A stretch of DNA of 63,979 nucleotides, filler included, from Octopus bimaculoides (GCF_001194135.2; 6 parts of 6 records of this genome joined end to end with filler, not necessarily neighbours in it); one strand, 5' to 3'. Numbered from the whole stretch's first letter, positions 37,081-50,385 are shown. The notes: generated by a model not told the origin, from the letters alone. Made by a program: numbers and translations.

Positions 37081-39256
37081 GTGCATCTGTGTAGTTTGTT
37101 TGTATATGAATGTGTGTGTGTATGCAGATGCACACTCATGCACATTTATATCCATATATACATATGCATATCTATATATGCATACATAAGTTCAAGAATA
37201 AGGATCAATGTGGTGTGATATCTGCAAACGGCAACAGGTGTTAATCTTTGAAGGAACAACGCTGACTTTGTTAATTCGTGATTCCGATAGAGTAGAATAG
37301 AGTCGGTTAAAGTAGATTAGAGTAGAGTAGTGCAATGAGAGCAGGAATTTTGTTTCATCCTTGGTTGCACTTGACATATCGCTGGCATTTTACGTAATTG
37401 TGCAATGAAGCAGCTCAGATCAATACTGACATCTTGGCTTGAGTTGTATTGGGAAGAAATTGATCAAATGTCGTTTGTTGTTCCCTCAGGCATTGACTAA
37501 ATTTTACTTGTGAATCGATATCAATACCAGCTAGCAGCATGATGTAAAAACAATTCACCAACCACCAGCCACTGACAACACCAACCCAATCGACTTACAA
37601 CGTCTTCGACCTATAATTTTGCTAGTTTCTAGCATCGATCGGCTCTTGATTAGATTTCAGTGAGCAAAAAAAACAACAAAAAAAGCAAGATAGTAATAAT
37701 ATAAAATAATAAAAATATCTATTCATGGTAAGAGCAGTAGCAAGCTACTACTGCCACTACAACAATTAATTTTGCTGCTGCTGCTGCTACAACTACCACT
37801 AATAGTAATATTAATACTACTACTATCACAAATAGTAATACTACTACTATCTTTAAAAACTATCATAAATGTGAGCGGATGGGGTCGAGCCGAAAGCGCT
37901 TCATCATAGTTGCTAGAATTGTTAAATATAGCAGTTAAATCCCCTTCTAATCACGCACTACCATCTTTGAAAGAAAAGGAAGATACATTGAATGATATTA
38001 TCTTCGATAGACTATATTATTTTCGAAAAGAAAAAAAAATGAAAACTGAGGTAGTCACGGCTTGAAAAGCTTTGATGATAAGTCTGTCCAATCAATGCTA
38101 ATTTGGGACTAGACAACTAATTTGCAGGAGTCGTTGCAGCTACTACCGCTGCCGCCAATCTAGTGATTACGATAATCCTCATATTATACTGGATCAAAGC
38201 AGGTAGTAATGCATATATAAGAGACTGGAATGTTCCATTGAATTAATTTCCGAAGGCGTTTTATAGGTATTTCAATGAATGTAGAAACAGGTAATACAAA
38301 GTTGATCTCAGCGGGATTTGAACACATAGTATAGCAGATTATTTAGCTCTGGCTATATCCCTCTTATTATTATTGAACTGACAGAATCGTTAGCACACCA
38401 AGCAAAACATTTACCGGTATTTCGTCTGTCCTTACTTTCTGAGCTCAAATTCCGCCGCGGTCGACTTTGCCTTTCCGTGTCGATAAATTAAGCATCAGTT
38501 GAGCACTGGGGTCCATTAATCGACTAGTCCCTCTCCCGAAACAGCTGGCCCTTCTAATTCAATGCTCTTGTTAGTGATGATGGGGAGTTAGTCAATCGGT
38601 CTCTGTACTTACCCAGCACTTTATTTTATTGTCCTCGGAAGCATAAACCACTAATGTGACCTGGACAAAATTTGAACTCAAAATGTCGGACAAAATGCCT
38701 TGCAATATATAAATTGTGGCACTTTCTGCACTGAGGTCAAACCACGTCAACTTTGCCTTTCAACTTTCAAGTAAAAATTCCAGTCAAGTACTGAAGTTAA
38801 TATAATCATACTCACTATATCCTCTAGTAATGAGGGCGCATGTCCTAGTGATTAGGGGTATTGTATTTGCGAGTTCGTGGTTTCAATTCCTGAACCGGCT
38901 GGTGCGTTGTGTTCTTCAGCAAAACAGTTTCTGTAAATTTTTTCAGCAAATCACTTCAACACCTGACGTGTTGTACACTTGTTCAAGCAACATTGATTTT
39001 TTTTTTATTTGTAGAGTGAGTTAATGTACAACACATACATTTGATCCTTATAAACAAATCACTTGTGCAAGTTGTTCAGCTAGAAATTGTAAAATCACCT
39101 TTCCCGGACTACGGGAGATTACCATCATATCATCGTCCACCAAAATATTCGACCCTAAGATAAAATATAAATCGGTAATCAATATTATCAAAAATATAAA
39201 TGAAGAATGATAATGTCATCTATAATAGGCAAATAGTCATACATTTTTAACGACAG

Positions 39257-39310
<54 letters not shown>

Positions 39311-39810
39311 GCGCAGTAATCTTCAAGTACTTGTTTTATCAACCACGAAAGAAGACGAGCAAAGTTGACCTCAGCAAAATACGAAACCTTGCATGTTGAG
39401 ATAAGCAAATTAAATAATGTATGAAAATTTATCTGTCGCTCTACCGTTATTCTACTGAAAGCACGGTTAACAACGGTTTTTGTTGTAGGCACACAGCCAG
39501 CAATTTGCGATACCATAGACACCGGTTCTTGGACTGATTCTTCATTTTATCAACCCACGAAAGGAGGAAAGATAAAGTTGACCTCGGTGGGGTTTGAACT
39601 TAGAACACCCAATTATAATAATTTCTCCTCTAGTTTTGTTCCATCTACAGTAAATGTCTAGCTTTGTATTTAGAGTTATAAGTCAAAGACTTGTAATTCA
39701 GTAGTCGATTTACTTCATCGAGTCCGGAAGGATACAAAGCAGCTTATTTTATAAAATCCAGAAGGATAAAAAGCAAATGTACCCCGCCTGTAAGTGAACT
39801 CAGGACAGAA
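36440..39810. mobile_element. Scattered decayed tRNA-derived SINEs (e.g. about 36440-36620 -, 38380-38560 +, 38590-38720 -, 38830-39100 +, 39530-39610 -)
   Basis: Recurring GGAATTTGAACTC (rc B-box-like) and GTCGACTTTGCCTTTC motifs. Limits approximate. Confidence 0.65.
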
Positions 39811-40689
39811 TTCTCTTCATCCTATTTTTTTTTTTTCAAAAAAACTTTAATCAGATTCCAACTGCGATTTAGATTTTGCCTTTAATTAAGGAACAACTGT
39901 GCTGATGCATTTTTTTTTATTTCTGCTAGGTCGTTTTATTATTCCAAAAGTCGGTGAGGGGTAATTTAAAAAAAGGATGATTAATTTGCAAAAACAGAAA
40001 AGAAAGAAAAAATTCAGATTTATAATCTACTATTTTTGTACATCTTAGACAATATTGTCCAATGAGCTCTTTATGTTATATGACATTAGATGTGTGACTT
40101 GATGATCTGGTTGTTATTTCTAGTATTTCTAGTTTGGCGTCTCCTTGCCTTTTGTTGCCAGCATGCGTCCACACACATATAAAAACGAAGAGAAGAGTAC
40201 AAAATCCTCCAAAACTTCGGTACCGGAGCAAGTATAGATATTCGAAACGGTAGGAGGAAGAAAATGGCAGTTAAAAAAAATTATGTTTCAATTATGTATT
40301 TGTTAACATAGAATTCAATGAATATAAATTCAAAACCAAACATTTCACATGCGAGAGAAACTAAAAGTTTGGAAACTGACTTTTTGGCAAATTTGTAATT
40401 TCCGTGTTGAAAATGTGGGTACCTGAAGAAAGTTTTGAAAGAAATAAAAAAATAATAAATATACTAAAATTTATAGGCTGAGTGCCTCCACAAAGTCTTG
40501 CTATAAACGGTCATAACTTCATATCGTGAGGCATTTCGACCGTTGCTTTACCAATTATAATATACAACACCAAATTATAATTGCATTTCTTTTATTTTAT
40601 TTATTTATTTATTTTTTCGTTTTTCACATGAGTTTGCATCAGAAATAAACGGCGAGAAGTAAATCGAGGTTTTAACAATTCTGCCAGTC

Positions 40690-43275
40690 TACTTGGACAA
40701 AAGAACGGTAAATTTAGGGGCCGATTATGATTAGGGGCCGATTACGATTAGAAGTCGATTACGTCGACATAAAGCTCAGGTGGTATTTATTTTATCGATA
40801 CCTAAAGAATGAAAAACAAAGTCGACTCCGGCAGAATTTGAGCTCGAAACGTAAAGAGCCAAAAGAAATACCGCGAACCAATTTCTCCAATACGACATTC
40901 CTGTAATTTCGCCGCTTTGACCACGATAATTCTACTGTAGGTGCAAGATCTGAAATTTGGAGAATGGGATTAAACGAATACATCGATCCAAGAGTTCAAC
41001 TGGTACTTATTTTAGCGACTCCGAAAGGATGAAAGGCAAAGTCGACCTCGGTGGAATTTGAGCTCAGAACGTAAAGTTGGAAGAAAATACCGCTGAGTAT
41101 TTTGTCTGGCGTGCTAGGTTTTGCCAGCTCGCCGCCTTGACCACTACTATATTTGTTAATATCTTAGGCACAAAGCCAAACATTTAGGGAACAGGGTAGT
41201 CGATTACATCGACTCTCAAAAGGAGTCAGAAGAAAGGTAAAGATGACCTCGGCGGAAATTGAACTAAGAACGTAAAAACGGACGAAATGCCGCTGAACAT
41301 TTAGCCCGCTGTGCTAACGGTTCTGCCAGCTCTCCGGCTTATTAGGTTTTTATAATAATAAGAGATTCTTATTTAGATATAGTGGAGGCACAATCGCCCA
41401 GTGGTTAGGGCAGCAGACTCGTGGTTTCGATACCTAGACCGGGCGTTGTGAGCGTTTATTGAGCGAAAACACTTAAAGCTCCACGAAGCTCTGACAGTGG
41501 GTGGTGGCGAACCCTGCTGTATTCTTTGATCACAAATTTCTCTGTCTTTCTTCCTGTTTCTGTTGTACCTGTACTTCAAAGGGTTAGCCTTGTTACACTC
41601 TGTGTCACGTTGAATCTTCCCGAGAACTACGTTAAGGGTACACGTGTCGTGGAGTGCTCTGCAAATTGCTAGTTAATTTCACGAGCAGGCTGTTCCGAGG
41701 TTAACTTTGCCTTTCATCTCTCCACAATAGCTGAAATTAAGGACCATTACAGGAATCGATGGGATCGACAAATATACTCCCCTTAGAAATAGCTGGGCTT
41801 GAACTCAAATCAGAAACATCCACTTTTAGTAATGACCATCATTTACATTTGTACAATATTATGTATTCAGAAAAAGATTAATTACTATTGGCATAAAACT
41901 ACAAAGTTTAGAGTAGAAGTGTAGTTGCTTAAATATTCACTAGTATCTGACTAATATTTTATTTTTTTGACCCGGATAAGAGAAGGATTGAAAGTCGGTG
42001 TCTGCGGCATTTGAATGTAAAGAGACGTAAATAACCGTATCAAGACGATTACTCACCTTGGACAATTACTCCCCATAGGACAATCCCCCTGACAACAACT
42101 ACCTCCTAGAACAATTACCCCCACTCGGTTAATTACCCCCTCTCCAATATTTTAAGAAGTTTTAAATCATCATACGTTGTCCTCAGGGGTAACTGTCCTT
42201 GAGGAGGGGGCTATTGTCCATTGTGGGGGGAGATAAACGTCCTAGACTTCAAAATAACTGCTGCAGGACATTTTTCCGATGATCTACCAAATTCGCTATT
42301 AAATGTTTATTATTTTTCAATAATTATAATAATAATCCTTTCAACTACTTTGTGGGAAGGGTAAGCTAATTACTGGTACTTATTCTATTGACCCCGATAA
42401 AGCGAAAGTAAAAAGTCAACCTCGGCAGTATTTGAACTCAAAACGTAAAGACAGACGAAATGACGTTAAGTATTTTATCCTACGTCCCAAGGATTCTTCC
42501 CGCCCAACGCGTTAACAGTTATAATAATAATGCTTTCTACAAAAGGCACAAGACCGGGAATTTCAGGAGACAACCATAGTCGATCCCACCGAACCCAGTA
42601 CTTGACTGGTATTAATTTTCTCGACCTCGAAAGGGTGAAAGACAAAGTTGATCTCAGTTGAATTTGAACTTTATACAAATTCGAACTTGCTTTATGTAAG
42701 TGGAATTTGAACATACTTTATCGACCTCGAAAGGGTAAAAGGCAAAGTCGACCTCGGTGGAATTTGAACTCCGAGCATAAAGACGGATGAAATACCACTA
42801 AGCATTTTGCCCGGAGTGCTAGCGATTCTGCCAGCTCGTCGCTTTAACATTTATAATAATAATTTCTTACATAGAGACGGGGCCAGGAATTTAGTGGTAG
42901 TAAGCAGTCAAATATACTAATTTCATTCCTTGACTGGTATTGTATTTCACTGAGTCGAGAAGGACGTAAGACTAAGTCGACCTTGACAGAAATTGAACTT
43001 AGAGCGTACAGAACTGAAAAATGCAAGGCATTCTGATCGACGTTTAAACGCTCCTTCCAATCCACTGCAAAAGCTGTGGATTGTTCTTAATATAGGCTAA
43101 TGACATGGTATATTTTTAACAGGAGAGGATTGTCGATTAAATCGATCCCAACACTTTACAGCACTTTATTTTATCGACCTCAGAGGAATGAAAGGCAAAG
43201 TTAACCTCAGCGGAATTTGAACTTGGAATGTAAATCATCTTAACCCAATACCGAAGGGCATTTAATCTAACGCTC
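40690..43275 (-). mobile_element. Dense cluster of about 8-9 same-orientation SINE copies plus one plus-strand SINE of another family (about 41380-41700)
   Basis: Repeated AAAGTCGACCTCGGCGGAATTTGAACTC cores near 40820, 41040, 41240, 42415, 42650, 42745, 42975 and 43200. Confidence 0.8.
42055..42250. mobile_element. Degenerate fold-back MITE with subterminal repeats
   Basis: About five GGACAATTACCCC-like units on the left and three GGGGTAATTGTCC-like rc units on the right. Confidence 0.55.
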
Positions 43276-43789
43276 TACCATTTTTTATTTTATTTTATTA
43301 TTTTTTTTTTTTTTTTTTTTTTGCAATCGCGTTTCTCGTTATCTTGTGAAAAATTATCAGAAGAGCTTTACACAGTTGAATATTGACAAAGTCTTTTATT
43401 TTCAATTTGATTTTTCAAATAATTGTTTGCACAAAAAAATAAAATTGTCGATTTATACAGGTTGTTTGGATATTTTTCCATAAAGGATTTTCTAACAAAA
43501 CTGTTTGTAATCAGTTAATAAATTGATGTTAGTAATCTGTCTCAGCAAGAGATCGAATATTATCGACGATTATTTGGCGCTATTGGTTGATCGATTATTT
43601 CCGTGAATCAAATGATCTTTGCAATCTCTTGAAACGGATGATCGAAGTGGTATTGTCAATTTATAGCGCATATTACAGGTATTTCGTTGGAAGTATGGTA
43701 GGATGAATGTATTGATGTTTGTGTACTAGCAGTGATTAAAAATCTAAAGTCTGGAAAACAGGAAATCCGAGGTGAAAGTTCACTCCTAA

Positions 43790-44640
43790 CCTCATCTGTA
43801 CACCACCATTGCCCTGCAATGGTCACTACAATTATAGCCACTATCACAATGACCAGTAATACCGCCTTGCATATTAACTCTAATACTAACTGCATCACTA
43901 TCAGCTACAACACCACGAACACCAATTGAAGGACAGCCAAAATTAACATGAGTAGTTTTGTGGCTTTTTATGGCCATCAGCATCAACCATAACCTCCGCT
44001 ACTCCCTCCGATACCACCATTATCACTCCTATTACAACTTCAAATATCCCCATCACACCAATCACTATCATAACCACACCACTAACCATCACAGAAACTA
44101 CAGTCATAAACAAGATCACCATTACTCTCAGCAAATGTTCAATAAAAACGAGTTTCATCGCAATTACTATTACCTCACACAGGAGTCGCTATGCGGCCGT
44201 TAGACATAGCACAAATAACAGTCAAATCCCACCCTACCATATTGAAATCGGAAACTCATATTGGACAATGTATATGGCATATTTTATTCAAAAAAAGTAT
44301 TCGCCACCATCATTACGTTCACCGCTATCATTATCTACCCGTCCAACATATACTCGCTTACGTCTCTGCCATCACTATAGGCATCAAGAGCAACATACCT
44401 CAACAACAATACCACCGATACAATCAACATCACCATCAGCATTACCAGCAGGATTCAACGTCCTTCCTCACCGTAACTGTCGGGAAAAGTCCCCGTTATC
44501 ATTCCACTTTATTACTAAAAACGCTGCAAGACCCACACTCATCAGCACATAACAATCGCCACTATTATCCTCACAGACATCAGCAAAACAGCCACTTTCA
44601 TTATCATTGCTGCTGCTGCTTCTGCTGCTGCTGCCAGCGA

Positions 44641-44672
<32 letters not shown>

Positions 44673-44820
44673 TTACTACTACTACTACCATTATAAACGT
44701 TCACATCACTACACTCACTGCGAACGTCACTATTGCTAATATCAGAGTTATCTTTACTGTCATGAGTAACACAAACACCACCACCAACAACTCCGACATT
44801 ACTATTAACTGCAGCCCTGA
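43790..44820. repeat. Degenerate (CAY/CAC/TAC)n triplet low-complexity tract
   Basis: His/Tyr/Thr-rich ORFs here derive from eroded trinucleotide repeats. Confidence 0.75.
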
Positions 44821-45829
44821 ATTATTCTCTATCCGGACAACGAATAACACAGTAAAACTACACATGCAACTTCTGAATTTTAAAATCCTATCAATTATGT
44901 AAATTTTCCATCATGATATATTGATGAATTGCGAAGAAAATGTCAAATGTCAATCTACATTTTAAAGATCACTGCTTTAGAATTGTAACAAAGGGAAAGC
45001 AAACTACATTTATCTTTGTGCCGAGTTTATTATGAGGTTGGCATTTTCATAACGCAGTTTTATAGGACGTACGACGATCGATAAATAATAAATGGTATGG
45101 AAACCAATTACAGATATAATGTGCTATATGCAGTGGAAGATTTAAATTTTAAATGGCTGCTATAGATGGATAATTTGAAAATCTATGGTCAATGTTCAGT
45201 TTTCCTCGATGTATGAATACAGGACTGGCATTTTTGAATAAAGAAACACGTATAAATACCTCAGTCAATCAATCACACAACCTATCAATCAATCAATCAA
45301 TCAATCTATCTATCTATCCATCTATGTATCTATCTATCTATCTATTTATCTATCTATCGATCTATCTATCTATCTATCTCTATGGACGGACGGTAGACGT
45401 GTCGGCTCTGTAAGTTTTGCCTTTTTCATGTTTTAAAAAGTTTGTTTGTAAAATTTATTTTATATACAAAGTTGTATAACAACTTGTAGACTCTCTGGTG
45501 CAAGTTTTTTGCAACGGAAATCTGCCCTGTGTGGCACATTTCCAGGATATAAAAACCAATCTCGGCTTTCTAGCCATTTTTTTTGAGACGATGGCGTCTT
45601 GTAGCCATGGAAATTTTTGTGAAACGAACGCTGCAGTCTGCAGTGTTTCGTTCGAAAAAGAATTTCCTAGTCTTCCTTCCTCACAGTTAAAGNNNNNNNN
45701 NNNNNNNNNNNNNNNNNNNNNNNNNNNNNNNNNNNNTTAATTAATTAANNNNNNNNNNNNNNNNNNNNNNNNNNNNNNNNNNNNNNNNNNNNATATCTTA
45801 CATATATATACATATCATTATATGTAGTA

Positions 45830-45868
<39 letters not shown>

Positions 45869-46048
45869 TACATATATATACATATCATTATATGTAGTAT
45901 TCTAATATACTACATATATATATATATATATCTGTTGCATTCACACGCGCACGCGCAGACACCTATATGTATGTATATAATGACATTGTTAGCATGCTAA
46001 CATATTAAATTTCACTCACGACTTTCATGAATATCTGTCTATCCTTTC

Positions 46049-46094
<46 letters not shown>

Positions 46095-46177
46095 GATCTA
46101 GTTTGGATTCTTTGCAATCAAATCTGATGGCAAAGAATTCAAATTTAATGACAAAGAACCCAAACTAGATCGAAAAC

Positions 46178-46223
<46 letters not shown>

Positions 46224-47479
46224 CATACATACATACATACACTCTGATTTAATGTGTAAGTTGATGTGTAGATGTTGTAGCAAATGCAACAGAGGTTTTC
46301 CCTGTCGAGAAAAAAACCGGGAACACTGGAACTAGTTTCGATAGTTTAAAGAGAGAAACAGAGAGANNNNNNNNNNNNNNNNNNNNNNNNNNNNNNNNNN
46401 NNNNNNNNNNNNNNNNNNNNNNNNNNNNNNNNNNNNNNNNNNNNNNNNNNNNNNNNNNNNNNNNNNNNNNNNNNNNNNNNNNNNNNNNNNNNNNNNNNNN
46501 NNNNNNNNNNNNNNNNNNNNNNNNNNNNNNNNNNNNNNNNNNNNNNNNNNNNNNNNNNNNNNNNNNNNNNNNNNNNNNNNNNNNNNNNNNNNNNNNNNNN
46601 NNNNNNNNNNNNNNNNNNNNNNNNNNNNNNNNNNNNNNNNNNNNNNNNNNNNNNNNNNNNNNNNNNNNNNNNNNNNNNNNNNNNNNNNNNNNNNNNNNNN
46701 NNNNNNNNNNNNNNNNNNNNNNNNNNNNNNNNNNNNNNNNNNNNNNNNNNNNNNNNNNNNNNNNNNNNNNNNNNNNNNNNNNNNNNNNNNNNNNNNNNNN
46801 NNNNNNNNNNNNNNNNNNNNNNNNNNNNNNNNNNNNNNNNNNNNNNNNNNNNNNNNNNNNNNNNNNNNNNNNNNNNNNNNNNNNNNNNNNNNNNNNNNNN
46901 NNNNNNNATAGGCGCAGGAGTGGCTGTGTGGTAAGTAGCTTGCTTTCCCAACCACATGATTCTAGGTTCAGTCCCACTGTGTGACACCTTGGGCAAGTGT
47001 CTTCTACTATAGCCTCAGGCCAACCAAAGCCTTGTGAGTGGATTTGGTAGACGGAAACTGAAAGAAGCCCGTCGTCTGTGTTTGTCTCCAAACATCACTT
47101 GACAACCAATGCTGGTGTGTTTACATCCCTGTAACTTAGCGCTTCAGCAAAATAGACTGATAGAACAAGTACTAGGCTTACAAAGAATAAGTCGACTAAA
47201 AGCGGTGCTCCAGCATAGCTGCAGTCAAATGACTGAAACAAGTAAAAGAGCAAGGGTTCGAGGTTCAGTCCCACTGTGTGGCACCTTGGCAAAATGTCTT
47301 CTACTATAGCCATAAAGTAAATTTGGTAGAGGGGAAACTGTGAGGAAGCCTGTCATATATATATGCATGTGTGTGAGCTTGACCACCACTTAGCAACTAG
47401 TGTTGGTTTGTTTACATCCCCATAGCTTAGCTGTCTGGTATAAGAGACCAATAGAATAAGTATATATATTCTTTTTAAG

Positions 47480-47740
47480 AGATGAGGAATTATGTACATT
47501 ATTTACATTATTTACATTTGACGGATATTTGTCCTCATCTTGTTTGTTGTTAACACAACGTTTCAGCTGATATACCCCCCAGCCTTCATCAGGCGGCTTG
47601 GGGAAATTTTAAACCTGGGTCATCGTTCCTTAGGTATTTTTCGATGTTATTATCATTATTATTCAGGTCACTGCCTGGAATCGAACTCGGAATCTTGGGG
47701 TTAATAGCCCGTACTCTTAACCACTATGCCATATGCCCAC
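47480..47740 (-). mobile_element. Short element: tRNA-like Pol III head followed by hammerhead-like motif
   Basis: A box TGGCATAGTGG (47721-47731), B box GAGTTCGATTCC (47677-47688), then GCCGC-CUGAUGA-A-GGCUG..CAGCU-GAA-ACGU-U-GUGUU (47552-47597). Confidence 0.65.
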
Positions 47741-47744
47741 GGGC

Positions 47745-47792
47745 ATAAAAACATTTCAATAGTTACCTAGGTAACTATTGAAATGTTTTTAT
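47745..47792. repeat. Perfect 48-bp palindrome without spacer
   Basis: ATAAAAACATTTCAATAGTTACCT|AGGTAACTATTGAAATGTTTTTAT. Confidence 0.95.
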
Positions 47793-47914
47793 TTTTCATC
47801 TCCTTCGAAATTACTTTTATCGATGGTTTGGGCTTTAACTGCTCTTTTCAGCATGTAAGGTGTCCTGTTAAATTCACCTCTTTTGTGTATAGAAATGTAT
47901 ACTAATTTTATATG

Positions 47915-47953
<39 letters not shown>

Positions 47954-48630
47954 GACAGGCTTCTTTCAGATTCCGTCTACCAAATCCACTTACAAGGCTT
48001 TGGTTGGCCCGGGCCATACTGCAGCACCACCTTTTGTTGAACAAATCAACCCCAAGATTTACTCGTTGTAAACCTAGTACTTATTCTATTGGTCTCTTTT
48101 GCCGAACCACTAAGTTACAGGGAAGTACACACACCAACATCGGTTGTCAAGCGATGTTGGAGGGGGGAGGGGCAAACACAGACGCACAAACAGATACATA
48201 CATTCATATATACATATGTACGACAGGCTTCTTTCAGTTTCCATCTACCAAATCCACTTACAAGGCTTTTGTCAGCCTGAGGCTATAGTAGAAGACACTT
48301 GCCCAAGGTGTCATGCAGTGGGACTGAACCCGGGACCATGTGGTTGGTAAGCAAGCTACTTACCACACAGCCTCTCTTGCACCTATATATATATATATAT
48401 ATACTCACACATACACACACACAATGGATTTCTTTCAGTTTCCATCTACCAAATCCACTCACAGTGCTTTGGTCAGCTGAAGGCTATAGGGGAAGACATT
48501 TGCACAAAGTGCTGTAAAGTGGGACTGAACCCAAAAGCCCTGTGGTTTTAAAGTAAGCTTCTTGACCACACAGCCATTCCTGCACCTATACATGTCATTT
48601 ATTTTTTGTGTGCTCTACTCAGCCATCATC

Positions 48631-48661
<31 letters not shown>

Positions 48662-48838
48662 GCAGTATTAGCATCATCATCACCATCATCATCATCAGCA
48701 GCAGCAGCTGCAGTAGCAGCGAAAGTGTGTTTTAACTGATTAGTCATTGGCTTCCCCCCCCCTCTTTTAAATCCTTTCTGTTGCTCTCATCTTCGTCATC
48801 TCATCATCGACTCAACATCCATTTACTTTCTACCCCTC

Positions 48839-48869
<31 letters not shown>

Positions 48870-48879
48870 NNNNNNNNNN

Positions 48880-48913
<34 letters not shown>

Positions 48914-49177
48914 TTATATATGTGTGTGCGTGTATGTATATGTGTGTGTATGTGCGTGTACATTGGCACACATAGATATACACAGACACATAAATATGCA
49001 TGTGTCTATGTATTCGTACATACATACATACAGACACACACACACACACATATATTTATGTAGTGTGTGTATGTATATATGTGTATATATAATTGTGTTA
49101 CATATATATGTGTATATATATATATATATGTAAATGTATATGTATATATATGTATATGTATTTATATATATATGTAT

Positions 49178-49211
<34 letters not shown>

Positions 49212-49214
49212 ATG

Positions 49215-49259
<45 letters not shown>

Positions 49260-49269
49260 NNNNNNNNNN

Positions 49270-49321
<52 letters not shown>

Positions 49322-49696
49322 TGCACATACACACACACTCCCACCCACACATCTAACTCTGTTTGCCTCACCCTTTTCAGTAGCATTCTGTGACTCTTCA
49401 TTCTTCTGTGTCTCATTCATCCTCTCACTACTCCCCTCTCATCTTGTCATGGCCAACTCATTCATTCATTTGAAATGCCACTTGATCCACCACCTGTCCT
49501 CTTATTAAGTTACTCATCTGATTGCTTGATGCAATCATCTTTGTGGGTGTGTTGATGTGTGTGCGTGCATGTATATATACATATATATATATATGACACG
49601 TCTGTGTATTTACATATAACACATGCATGTATGTATAAATACATGTTTGTATATATATATATCTGTGTGTGTGTGTATATATATATATAAATCTTA

Positions 49697-50385
49697 ATGT
49701 TCTAGCTCACTTCCACTGTTTACAGCAGTGCTTAGAAGGAAGATGTGTAGTATGTGATCATCGCATTTACCATGGCAGAAAGTGAGCAGAGAATCTGCAT
49801 CATGTTTTGCCAAAAGCTTGGTGATACTTGCTGCTCAGAGGCCTAAGCAAGGTTTTCAAAAAGTTTTCATCGTTCTTGACACAGTCAAGGAGATCTTGTG
49901 CAACTTAAACCCCGAGTGTCTTTTTGGTCAGCTGAAAGCAGTTTTGGCACAAACTTGGCAGACATGTGCCTCATACCGAAATCTGTGATAATGAACCAAA
50001 CCGATTCAATGTTTTCTCAGTTCTGCTGGTTGTGGGTCTCCTGGAACGTTCGTCACTATCAACATTTTTCAGCCATCTTGGAAACGTCTGAACTACTTGT
50101 AGATTTGTGTGCGGATCATACACTTGTCTCCATACACTTTCTGCAACTTTGCACAGGCCTCTGAGCAGGTATCGCCATGACTACTTTCTCTGTCATGCTC
50201 AATGAGATGATCACATGCTACACATCTTCCTTCCAAGTACTGCTTTAAACAGCAGAAGTGAGCTAGAACTTTGAAATTTAGTGCACTTGCACAGCAGAGT
50301 TCAAAGTCAAACTGTGCTAAGTGGCTTTACGTTGTGCTTTAGCTTCGTTACTATGGGGACAGTCCTGATACTTATTGATCAGATG
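49697..50385 (-). mobile_element. Mariner 5' half with inverted duplicate of its own 5' end (fold-back derivative)
   Basis: Minus: GDTCSEACAKLQKVYGD...DSDERS.RPTTS, GMRHMSAKFVPKLLS. Plus 49697-49850 repeats the leader and EQRICI.FCQKLGD. TIR-like TA-CATCTGATCAATAAGTATC at 50385. Confidence 0.75.

Larger units (their letters stand above)
46909..48595. mobile_element. Cluster of a second tRNA-derived SINE family and shared tail modules (46909-47250 +, about 47260-47460 +, 47950-48595 -)
   Basis: Head GGCGCAGGAGTGGCTGTGTGGTAAG...GGTTCAGTCCCACTG...GGCAAGTGTCTTCTACTATAGCC recurring in both orientations. Confidence 0.8.

Noticed and set aside
44191-44739. 182-aa His/Tyr-rich ORF
   Set aside because: Lies within a decayed triplet-repeat tract.
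45588-45692. MASCSHGNFCETNAAV.. start with a small CTGCAG hairpin before a gap
   Set aside because: Possibly a DNA-transposon 5' end, but truncated by the gap and unassignable.
47667-47737. Possible tRNA gene
   Set aside because: A and B boxes are present but no acceptor stem closes; treated as a tRNA-derived head.
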